Positions 8,688 to 15,711 of a DNA stretch of 24,000 nt are shown here, piece by piece. The first letter of the stretch is position 1; every line of letters starts with the position of its first letter. Location of the stretch: positions 382,570 to 406,569 of the forward strand of contig CAYGZP010000001.1 in NCBI GenBank assembly GCA_964354405.1, given 5' to 3'. The position numbers were made by a program, and so were the translations under genes. The notes under the pieces were generated by a model. The model was not told the DNA's origin, did no database searches, and was given only the letters and a program-made list of their open reading frames with translations. The DNA comes from Candidatus Woesearchaeota archaeon (GTDB lineage: Archaea; Nanobdellota; Nanobdellia; Pacearchaeales; UBA284).

Positions 8688-9365
8688 TCAGAACTCCCCA
8701 AGCTTTTTCTGCCCGGGTTTTCTGTTCGCTGTCTTCCATGTCGCCCATGATTTTCTTATCAATCCTATCTTTGCGAGTTCTTTAGCTTTGTCAGTTTTCA
8801 GGAACTTAACGCATAGAGGATCAGAAGGATAGCCGCTCCCGCAATCAACATCATATTTTTTTCTTATCTTATCCATTTCATCATCTCTCGTGACTTTTGC
8901 CAAGATGCTCGCGGCTGAACAGACAGGATGATTAACATCAGCTTTATGCTCGCATTTCAAAACAATTTTATCTACATTATTCACATGAGACAAGACATAA
9001 TTTCTCCATGCCATGATATTATTTGAAGGGCAGTCGATAATGACTTCAACTTTGCTTGGAATATTTTTTGTCAGGACATTGATTATCTCTGCTGATTTGA
9101 GAGCTTCAATCTTATTCAGATTGATTTTCTGTCCTAAGAGCGAGTCAATCTCGCTTGCTGTTGATTTCAGGGTGATATGCGCACCAACAATCTTTTTGAT
9201 TTCTCTCGCAAGAAACTCGCGGCGTTGTGGTGTGAGAAGTTTAGAATCTTTTACTTTGATGAGCTTTAACTTGGCTTCCTGTTTCTCGTCTACTAACACA
9301 CCTGCAAGAATCATCGGCCCGATAACAGGTCCGCGCCCAGCATCATCAATTCCAATTCGTAACAT
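8688..9365 (-). CDS. rnhB: Ribonuclease HII
   Basis: MLRIGIDDAGRGPVIGPMILAGV, VKDSKLLTPQRRE, VIIDCPSNN, CEHKADVNHPVCSAASILAKVTRD, DCGSGYPSD. Confidence 0.95.
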   Translation of the reverse strand: MLRIGIDDAGRGPVIGPMILAGVLVDEKQEAKLKLIKVKDSKLLTPQRREFLAREIKKIVGAHITLKSTASEIDSLLGQKINLNKIEALKSAEIINVLTKNIPSKVEVIIDCPSNNIMAWRNYVLSHVNNVDKIVLKCEHKADVNHPVCSAASILAKVTRDDEMDKIRKKYDVDCGSGYPSDPLCVKFLKTDKAKELAKIGLIRKSWATWKTANRKPGQKKLGEF

Positions 9366-9391
9366 GTTACTTGTCCCCTTATTTTGAAAAG

Positions 9392-9496
9392 TAGCGGGGG
9401 TGGGATTTGAACCACACGACCTCGAGGTTATGGGCCTCGCGAGCTAACCAGGCTGCTTTGGGCAACACTTTTTTGTTTTAGTGTTTCCACCCCGCT
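9392..9496 (-). tRNA. tRNA-Met (CAU), initiator-like, with a 29-nt D-arm intron
   Basis: Spliced form: AGCGGGG-TG-GAGC-AGCCTGGTTA-GCTC-G-CGAGG-CCCATAA-CCTCG-AGGTC-GTGTGG-TTCAAAT-CCCAC-CCCCGCT-A. A1-U72 pair, 7-bp acceptor and 5-bp anticodon stem. The T-stem carries one extra nucleotide. Confidence 0.8.
9458..9486 (-). other. archaeal BHB tRNA intron, 29 nt, between tRNA positions 10 and 11
   Basis: AAACACTAAAACAAAAAAGTGTTGCCCAA. Central helix GGGU/GCCC, 3-nt bulges GGA and AAA, inner helix AACACT/AGUGUU. Removal restores a canonical D-arm with A14, G18G19 and A21. Confidence 0.7.
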
Positions 9497-9497
9497 A
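9486..9497 (-). repeat. 12-bp direct repeat copy 2 (tRNA 5' exon)
   Basis: TAGCGGGGTGGA, identical to 10043-10054. Confidence 0.8.
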
Positions 9498-10037
9498 GGA
9501 TAGCATCCCCGCTTTTATAGAAATATGTTTTATACTTTTAAACTTAACTGAAATAAAGAGATTATATGACGGTAATTTATCCTTAATTGATATGGATTTT
9601 CTCCTTATAGAAGAATTAATCCCCAAAGAATTTAATTCTTTATTCAAAAATTTTATCAATTTAAAATCTGTATTTACTACTTCTATAAAATTCTTCTTCC
9701 TATTTACATATCCTTCTGCATCTATAACTCCCGAAATAAATCCCAATATTTCCTCTTTTTTTAAATTGAGTTTATTTATATCTTTATCAAATAATCCAAA
9801 AAATTCTTTATTTACAACTCTCAATCTTAAACAATTGAATCTTTTATCTTTATAATAATGAATATTATATCCCGCCTTCTTTAATATAGAAACAAGAAAT
9901 TCAATTATCTTTTTGTCATTTACAGAATTTAAATAAAATTCCACATAGTACTTTCTATATTTTTTATCATGATATTTATAACCATCTCCTATAAATAACC
10001 CTTTCAAATATCCAAATTCCTCTTTTGTTATGTTCAT
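9495..10037 (-). CDS. LAGLIDADG homing endonuclease
   Basis: Two LAGLIDADG-type motifs: YLKGLFIGDGY and ILGFISGVIDAEGY. Its stop codon TAG runs into the tRNA 5' end. Confidence 0.9.
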   Translation of the reverse strand: MNITKEEFGYLKGLFIGDGYKYHDKKYRKYYVEFYLNSVNDKKIIEFLVSILKKAGYNIHYYKDKRFNCLRLRVVNKEFFGLFDKDINKLNLKKEEILGFISGVIDAEGYVNRKKNFIEVVNTDFKLIKFLNKELNSLGINSSIRRKSISIKDKLPSYNLFISVKFKSIKHISIKAGMLS

Positions 10038-10042
10038 TTTTC

Positions 10043-10054
10043 TCCACCCCGCTA
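10043..10054 (-). repeat. 12-bp direct repeat copy 1 (duplicated tRNA 5' exon)
   Basis: TAGCGGGGTGGA, identical to 9486-9497; 5 nt upstream of the endonuclease start codon. Confidence 0.8.
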
Positions 10055-10109
10055 TCTGGGATATAGACGATAAAGACTTTTAAATCTAATGGAAAACCTC
10101 TATAAAAAA

Positions 10110-10183
10110 TGGGGCTGCCCGGATTCGAACCGGGGCCGCGAGTGCCCTAGACTCGTATACTAACCAAGCTATACTACAACCCC
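10110..10183 (-). tRNA. tRNA-Pro with anticodon AGG
   Basis: GGGGTTG-TA-GTAT-AGCTTGGTTA-GTAT-A-CGAGT-CTAGGGC-ACTCG-CGGCC-CCGG-TTCGAAT-CCGG-G-CAGCCCC-A cloverleaf; anticodon loop CTAGGGC (U33, 34-36 = AGG). Confidence 0.8.
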
Positions 10184-10237
10184 TTGAGAATATTAGTAAA
10201 AAGTTATTTAAAATCCTTTTTCTTTGTCAGCTCAAGC

Positions 10238-10319
10238 CGCGATGGCCCAATGGTAAGGCGCAAGGTTGCTAACCTTGTTTCCGAAAGGATATCTGGGTTC
10301 AATTCCCAGTCGCGGCGTT
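10238..10319 (+). tRNA. tRNA-Ser (GCU)
   Basis: GCCGCGA...TCGCGGC acceptor; CAAGG-TTGCTAA-CCTTG anticodon arm (GCT); long variable arm (TTTCCGAAAGGATAT); CTGGG-TTCAATT-CCCAG T-arm; G73. Confidence 0.92.
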
Positions 10320-10379
10320 TTTTCATTTTTTCTTGCACATTCTCGCAACCTTTTTAAATCTCCTTTTTCTTAGACTGTA

Positions 10380-11243
10380 ATGCCAAGAAAAAAGAAAACT
10401 GAAGGAACTGAAGAAGCGAAAATAGAAGAAAAAATCGAAGAAGTAGTAGAAGAAAGCGAGGAAGTAGTAGAGGAGAAACCAAAGAAAGAGAAGAAAGAAG
10501 AGAGCGAAGAGGTAAAGCAAAAGCAAGAGGTTCTTCTGGCTCCGCTTGAAGATTATATCAAGGCAGCTGTTCATCTCGGAACTCGCGCCATTACTCCAGA
10601 TATGAGACAGTATGTTTACAGGAGAAAAGCAGATGGTGTCGCTGTTCTAAACACAAAAAAGATTGATGAAAAGATTGCAGTCGCCGCGAACTTCTTAGCA
10701 AATTACGAGCCGAAAGATATACTTGTGTGCTGCAAGAGAGAGATGGGCTACAAATCTCTTGAGGCTTTTCACGAGGCTCTTGGAGTGAGAATATTCACAA
10801 GATATCCAGCAGGCATTATAACTAACTCGGATTTGGAGAATTTTTTCGAGCCAAAATGCCTTTTCATTGTTGATCCATGGCTTGACAAGAATGCGCTACA
10901 CGATGCCACAAGAATGGGCATTCCAGTTGTCGCGTTATGCGACACGAATAATATGACAACTAATATCGACTTAGTCGTTCCTTGCAATAACAAAGCAGCC
11001 AAGAGCGTTGGCCTGATATTATATTTGATTGCAAAATTATACTTGCAAAAGCGCGGAGACAAGAAAAAACTTAATCCCCGCGATTTCTATGAAGTTGAAG
11101 AAGCGCAAGAGCAAAAGTACAAAGAAAAACCAGAGAGAAAAAAATTGAGTGAAGAGATTCTAAAAAGGATAAGTATAATTGAAGATAAGATAGAAACAAA
11201 AAAAGAGAGGAAAAAGAAAGAAGACACGACGGCCTCAGCCTAA
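10380..11243 (+). CDS. rps2: Small ribosomal subunit protein uS2
   Basis: YIKAAVHLGTRAITPDMRQYVYRRKADGVAVLNTKKIDEKI...YPAGIITN...PKCLFIVDPWLDKNALHDATRMGIPVVALCDTNN. Confidence 0.93.
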   Translation: MPRKKKTEGTEEAKIEEKIEEVVEESEEVVEEKPKKEKKEESEEVKQKQEVLLAPLEDYIKAAVHLGTRAITPDMRQYVYRRKADGVAVLNTKKIDEKIAVAANFLANYEPKDILVCCKREMGYKSLEAFHEALGVRIFTRYPAGIITNSDLENFFEPKCLFIVDPWLDKNALHDATRMGIPVVALCDTNNMTTNIDLVVPCNNKAAKSVGLILYLIAKLYLQKRGDKKKLNPRDFYEVEEAQEQKYKEKPERKKLSEEILKRISIIEDKIETKKERKKKEDTTASA

Positions 11244-11284
11244 GCTGCGAGGATTTTTAAATTTCTTTTGTTTATTAATAACAT

Positions 11285-11311
11285 GCCTCGGTAGCTCAAT
11301 GGCAGGATATT
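11285..11311 (+). tRNA. 5' half of an interrupted tRNA (isotype undetermined)
   Basis: GCCTCGG-TA-GCTCAATGGCAGGATATTG; GCCTCGG is fully complementary to CCGAGGC at 12447-12453, and TTGC (11310-11313) to GCAA at 12421-12424. Confidence 0.6.
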
Positions 11312-11384
11312 GCCCCTATAGCTCAGGTGGAAGAGCACCATCCTCGTAAGATGGGGGTCCCGGGTTCGAAACCCGGTAGGGGCT
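11312..11384 (+). tRNA. tRNA-Thr (CGU)
   Basis: Complete 73-nt cloverleaf: GCCCCTA-TA-GCTC-AGGTGGAA-GAGC-A-CCATC-CTCGTAA-GATGG-GGGTC-CCGGG-TTCGAAA-CCCGG-TAGGGGC-T. Confidence 0.93.
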
Positions 11385-11452
11385 CTTTTTTTATGTGTAG
11401 ACCTAATAGCACAAAACACAATATTTAAATAGAAACATTTCTTATATTAGGA

Positions 11453-12418
11453 ATGTATAGAATATTCTTTATAAATACCAAGGATTGTGCCGAATTTTTT
11501 GAAGAAGCAAGGAGAAATTTAGAAGTTAAAAGCTGGAAAAAACTAGGGGAAAGTATAGGAACTAATAAATCGATGATAGATAATTATAGAAAGGGAAGAT
11601 TATGTATTCCTGAAGATAAATTTAATACATTATTAAATCAATTAACTGAAAATAGAAAACAATATTTTTTGAGATTAATCGAAAAGAGAAATAGTAACTG
11701 GGGGCAAATAATAGGGGGTAAAAAAGCATATAATATAAATAAAAGGGCATTTGATATTGGAAGAAAAAATAGATTAAATCAGGTCAAATATAATTTTGAT
11801 ATCCATATTGATCTTTCAGAAGAATTGTGTGAATTTATTGGGGCATTTATTGGAGATGGTTTTACAAACAAATATAGATATTTATATCAAACACAAATAA
11901 CTGGAGATAATGTTTTAGATTCAGACTATTATTACAATAGACTAAAACCTCTTTGTGAAAAATTGTTTAAAATATCTCCTAAAATTACACAAAAGGAAGG
12001 ATGGATAAGATTAAATATATACTCAAAAAGGATGTTTGAATTGTTGACAAAAAGATTTAATTTTCCTGCTGGAAAGAAATCCTCTTCTGTTTGTATTCCT
12101 TCAGAGATCTATAATGGAAAAGAAAAATTACTTAATTCTACCTTAAAAGGAATGTTTGATACTGATGGGGGGATTGGTATTGATAAAAGAAAAGCCTATA
12201 CTGTACCTTACATAAGAATAAATTATACTTCTAGTTGTATAAAGTTGATAAAACAAGTGCACGCTATCTTATTAAAATATTCTATTAGTCATTCAATTCA
12301 TAGAAAAGAAAAAACATTTATGATCCAGATTAATGGTAAAAAGAATGTTAAGATGTTTTTATCAAAAATAGGATTTTCCAATAAAAGACATTTGGATAAA
12401 ATTAGAAGATTTTTATAA
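11453..12418 (+). CDS. LAGLIDADG homing endonuclease with N-terminal HTH-like region
   Basis: LCEFIGAFIGDGF and LLNSTLKGMFDTDGGI motifs; N-terminal WKKLGESIGTNKSMIDNYRKGRLCIPEDKF resembles a helix-turn-helix. Confidence 0.88.
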   Translation: MYRIFFINTKDCAEFFEEARRNLEVKSWKKLGESIGTNKSMIDNYRKGRLCIPEDKFNTLLNQLTENRKQYFLRLIEKRNSNWGQIIGGKKAYNINKRAFDIGRKNRLNQVKYNFDIHIDLSEELCEFIGAFIGDGFTNKYRYLYQTQITGDNVLDSDYYYNRLKPLCEKLFKISPKITQKEGWIRLNIYSKRMFELLTKRFNFPAGKKSSSVCIPSEIYNGKEKLLNSTLKGMFDTDGGIGIDKRKAYTVPYIRINYTSSCIKLIKQVHAILLKYSISHSIHRKEKTFMIQINGKKNVKMFLSKIGFSNKRHLDKIRRFL

Positions 12419-12420
12419 AA

Positions 12421-12454
12421 GCAAGGGTTGAGGGTTCAAATCCCTTCCGAGGCT
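12421..12454 (+). tRNA. 3' half of an interrupted tRNA
   Basis: GCAA-GGGTT-GAGGG-TTCAAAT-CCCTT-CCGAGGC-T; acceptor strand pairs with 11285-11291. Begins 2 nt after the endonuclease stop codon. Confidence 0.65.
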
Positions 12455-12519
12455 TTTTTTAATTATTTTTACTTAGAAAAGATTTTTATATAATTAAAAC
12501 CTATCAAAGAAGGGCTAAG

Positions 12520-12900
12520 ATGGAAACGACTGATTTGTGGGACTTTAGAAAAATGAAGGAAGAATGGCGTAAAGAAGAAATGAAAGAACTATCTAAGCAA
12601 AATGCACAGAATACAAGTGCAATGGCTATACAACTTGAGAGACAAACGATTATGCAGGATGAAATAACTAAAATTCAAACACAACAAACGAAGCTTACAA
12701 GGGCATTAGTTCTTTTTACTGGATTTTTGGTTGCAGCAACGATAATAGCTGCTGGAATGAATTATGCTGTTGTTCTTCGTGCCGCAAAGATGCTAACTAC
12801 TGCAGATAGTATAGCGCTTATAACTGCTACAATAGGGATTATAATATTATTAGTAGGAAGTTATCAACTTTTGATTAGATATGGAAACAAAAAGATTTAA
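12520..12900 (+). CDS. hypothetical membrane protein
   Basis: 126-aa ORF; N-terminal coiled-coil-like region plus two hydrophobic segments. Confidence 0.6.
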   Translation: METTDLWDFRKMKEEWRKEEMKELSKQNAQNTSAMAIQLERQTIMQDEITKIQTQQTKLTRALVLFTGFLVAATIIAAGMNYAVVLRAAKMLTTADSIALITATIGIIILLVGSYQLLIRYGNKKI

Positions 12901-12912
12901 AGAATAGATAAA

Positions 12913-13128
12913 ATGGGATTTTGCGAATGGTTATGTGGTTGGGAAAAAATAGAATATATACCTAACTGGCTTGAAAGAGCGTTTGGAAAGGCATTTAATA
13001 GAGCGGGATACAATCATAGATATTATTTTAGAGGAAAAACATTTAGATATCAGGCAGTTGTAACTAATCCTAAATATCAAGGACATATACCTGTAACTTT
13101 TTATAAAAAACTTAGGAAGAAAAAATGA
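12913..13128 (+). CDS. hypothetical protein
   Basis: 71-aa ORF in a tightly spaced same-strand series. Confidence 0.5.
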   Translation: MGFCEWLCGWEKIEYIPNWLERAFGKAFNRAGYNHRYYFRGKTFRYQAVVTNPKYQGHIPVTFYKKLRKKK

Positions 13129-13310
13129 AAAAACCTATATCAAAGGAAGAATTAAAGGAAATTGTTCAGGACTCCATAAAAGAAGTGCAAAGACAACAAG
13201 TAAAAGAGGCTCTAAAAATTGGAGCTTATTGTGTTTATTCTTCGAAAGAATTAAAAGAACTCGGTTTTACACCAAAAGAAATTAAACAAATAAAAGAGAG
13301 GAGAAAATGA
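13125..13310 (+). CDS. hypothetical protein
   Basis: 61-aa ORF with ATGA overlaps to both neighbours. Confidence 0.5.
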   Translation: MKKPISKEELKEIVQDSIKEVQRQQVKEALKIGAYCVYSSKELKELGFTPKEIKQIKERRK

Positions 13311-13525
13311 AGTGGCGATACGTAATAGGAACTCTTGCATGGTTAGCAGGGATATATGGATTGAAAGGTACAAGATTTGGAGATGAACAAAATATAGCTT
13401 CCTGGCTTCTTATTGTTGTTGGTATCTTACTTATATTTTGGAATTCATCATATAAAACAATCGGGAATATAGCCTATAAAATTAGAGATTTCTTTAAGAA
13501 AATATGGAAATGTTTTCAAAAATGA
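13307..13525 (+). CDS. hypothetical small membrane protein
   Basis: 72-aa ORF with two hydrophobic segments, overlapping neighbours. Confidence 0.5.
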   Translation: MKWRYVIGTLAWLAGIYGLKGTRFGDEQNIASWLLIVVGILLIFWNSSYKTIGNIAYKIRDFFKKIWKCFQK

Positions 13526-13929
13526 AAAAGAAAATATGGGATTTATTTAAGAAGAGAAAAGGTAGAGATATTGGGTTCTTCATTCATATAGAAAATAAAA
13601 TTCCTTATACGGAAAGAAGAGAAAAAGTTGGAAATTATATAAAGGATTTAATTAATCAATTTTATGAACATGTTGCTGTTCAATACTTTCATGAAGGAAA
13701 AGAGAACTGTTTAACAGGTGTAAGGGTTGTTGGTGGTAATGCTAGGTTTAAGTATAGTGAACAGGAACAAATTGTTAGGCACATTTTATATAAATTAACT
13801 ATATTCTTTATTAATAATAAAATAAAGTTTGATGAAAATTCAATAGAGTTCTATACTCCTCAACCCTTTAAGGAAGAAGTAACAAAATTCGCTATGGAGA
13901 CGGCAGAAGCAATCTCTAAGAAAAAATAA
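13504..13929 (+). CDS. hypothetical protein
   Basis: 141-aa ORF, same strand, overlapping the previous ORF. Confidence 0.55.
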   Translation: MEMFSKMKKKIWDLFKKRKGRDIGFFIHIENKIPYTERREKVGNYIKDLINQFYEHVAVQYFHEGKENCLTGVRVVGGNARFKYSEQEQIVRHILYKLTIFFINNKIKFDENSIEFYTPQPFKEEVTKFAMETAEAISKKK

Positions 13930-13999
13930 GTCAATTTCCTAGATTGAAGAAGTCTTAAAGAAGAAAAAGGTTTAAATCTTATAATTTGCTTGGTTTAAT

Positions 14000-14500
14000 A
14001 TGGATTGGGCTATATTGTTATATATTCTTTTCATTATAAGTTGTATTATTCTATACATTTTCTATTGTAGAAAACTGGTTAAGATAGCTAAGGATTTGGG
14101 AATAAAAGATAACCTTTGGTTAATATATATTCCTTTTGTCCAAAATTATTTGATTTCAAAAATGGCAGATTTCCCCCTATGGACATTTATAATTTCTCTA
14201 TTCTTTTTTATGCCCTTTGTAAATCTAATTGGTTACTTTTGGTATTATAAAATAGTTAAGAAATATGATGATAGTGGTTTGTGGTGTTTAGCCTTTTGGA
14301 TATGGGTGTTTAGTATGGACTTAAAAGAAGAAAGGAAATTAAGAGTAAAAGAAGAAAAGGAAAGAATAGAATATTATCAAAAAAATAAAAAGTTGATTGA
14401 AAAGAAAGAAGATAATGATTTTCGTAGATTTCTAAAATGGGGAGCGATAATATTGGGGTTTTTAATTCTTTTAGCAATCATTAAAAAAATACTTGGGTAA
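14000..14500 (+). CDS. hypothetical membrane protein (DUF5684-like)
   Basis: Hydrophobic ORF with KIAKDLGIKDNLWLIYIPFVQNYLISKMA...; family assignment tentative. Confidence 0.55.
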   Translation: MDWAILLYILFIISCIILYIFYCRKLVKIAKDLGIKDNLWLIYIPFVQNYLISKMADFPLWTFIISLFFFMPFVNLIGYFWYYKIVKKYDDSGLWCLAFWIWVFSMDLKEERKLRVKEEKERIEYYQKNKKLIEKKEDNDFRRFLKWGAIILGFLILLAIIKKILG

Positions 14501-14550
14501 TAAAAAAGCAAGAAAGAAGAAAAAATGAATTATGTTGAAGATTAGATAAA

Positions 14551-14844
14551 ATGGCAAAAGATAAGAATAATATTAAAAATGCACTTGTAATCTTTGTTCT
14601 AGTTCTAGCTGGTTTAGCTCTTTTTGGGTTTTCAGCAAGACAAATTGATATAATCGCTCAATGGGGCATTTCGATAATTATTGGAATGATTTTAGGTGTT
14701 TTATCTGGACAGATTGTTGAAACATTCACAGGAGATATTCTTAAAAAAATATCTCTTTCCTTTGAGATTAGGGGCATCGATTTTTCAATAACTTTATTTG
14801 TGATAGTTGCTTTTCTTGTAAAACTAATTATATTTGGATTGTAA
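14551..14844 (+). CDS. hypothetical membrane protein
   Basis: 97-aa ORF with three hydrophobic segments. Confidence 0.5.
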   Translation: MAKDKNNIKNALVIFVLVLAGLALFGFSARQIDIIAQWGISIIIGMILGVLSGQIVETFTGDILKKISLSFEIRGIDFSITLFVIVAFLVKLIIFGL

Positions 14845-14870
14845 AAAAGTTCTGAAACAAAAATTGGAAA

Positions 14871-15167
14871 ATGAGAATAAAAGTTAAAAAAGTTAAAAGT
14901 GTTTTTGGAAAAGCAACAGGTTTAATGTTTTCTAAACCTCACAATTTAATATTTATCTTCAAGGACGAGAGAAAAAGAAGCTTACATATGCTTTTTGTTT
15001 TCTTTTCTATAGATGTTTTGTTCCTTGATTCAAAAAAGAAAGTTGTTGAGCGAGCAACATTAAAACCTTTCTCTCTCTATACATCAAAGAAAAAAGCGCG
15101 ATATGTCATAGAATTAAGAAAAGGACAAGCGAAAAAAATCAAAATTGGCGCGAAAATAGAATTTTAA
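14871..15167 (+). CDS. DUF192 family protein
   Basis: GLMFSKPHNLIFIFKDERKRSLHMLFVFFSIDVLFLDSKKKVVERATLKPFSLYTSKKKARYVIELRKG matches the DUF192 pattern. Confidence 0.75.
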   Translation: MRIKVKKVKSVFGKATGLMFSKPHNLIFIFKDERKRSLHMLFVFFSIDVLFLDSKKKVVERATLKPFSLYTSKKKARYVIELRKGQAKKIKIGAKIEF

Positions 15168-15677
15168 TTATTTCTTGTTTCCTTTCTGAAAGCTTAGGAA
15201 ATCGCCCAAATTTTCATCTTTGCTTTCAAGAATCTTGCCACTGAAACAGTCGACATGTAATCTTAGGATTTTCAGGCAATCCATCAGACAAGTTACATTC
15301 CACAGCTGAACATTTTTTATTTTCTGCAGCACAGCAAATATCTTGTTTATGTTGAATTCTGTAAGCGATTTCTTCTTGATATCGCCCTCAATTATCTTCT
15401 TCAATTTCTCAATATCAATCTTAATTTTCTCATCTAACGCACTCAGCTCGCTTTTTGAGTCAATTTTGTCTGTCTTCTGCTCAACTCCATCATCGTTTAC
15501 AAGAAATGTTGCAACTTTATTTTTATTGATGCTGTAATCCAGCTGCTGTGTTTCAACCTCGAGTTTAGAATTAAGCATAAAGAAAGCGCTGAACAAGAAA
15601 GCACTTTTGTTCTTTGCCTTGAAATGTTTGAATTCCTTGCTGCCTCGCAGAATTTTCAAAGAATTTTGAAATGACAT
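15168..15677 (-). CDS. hypothetical protein
   Basis: 169-aa ORF between thrS and the DUF192 gene. Confidence 0.6.
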   Translation of the reverse strand: MSFQNSLKILRGSKEFKHFKAKNKSAFLFSAFFMLNSKLEVETQQLDYSINKNKVATFLVNDDGVEQKTDKIDSKSELSALDEKIKIDIEKLKKIIEGDIKKKSLTEFNINKIFAVLQKIKNVQLWNVTCLMDCLKILRLHVDCFSGKILESKDENLGDFLSFQKGNKK

Positions 15678-15711
15678 TATGATATTTTAAGATATGAAAA
15701 ACCTCTGTTCT

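Noticed and set aside
10323-10574. 83-aa minus-strand ORF (FFFFFYYF-rich)
   Set aside because: Reverse complement of the Lys/Glu-rich N-terminus of uS2; compositional artefact.
11285-12454. Nanoarchaeum-style trans-spliced tRNA with complementary leader sequences
   Set aside because: No extended GC-rich complementarity found between sequence after the 5' half and before the 3' half. Kept only as an alternative in the findings.
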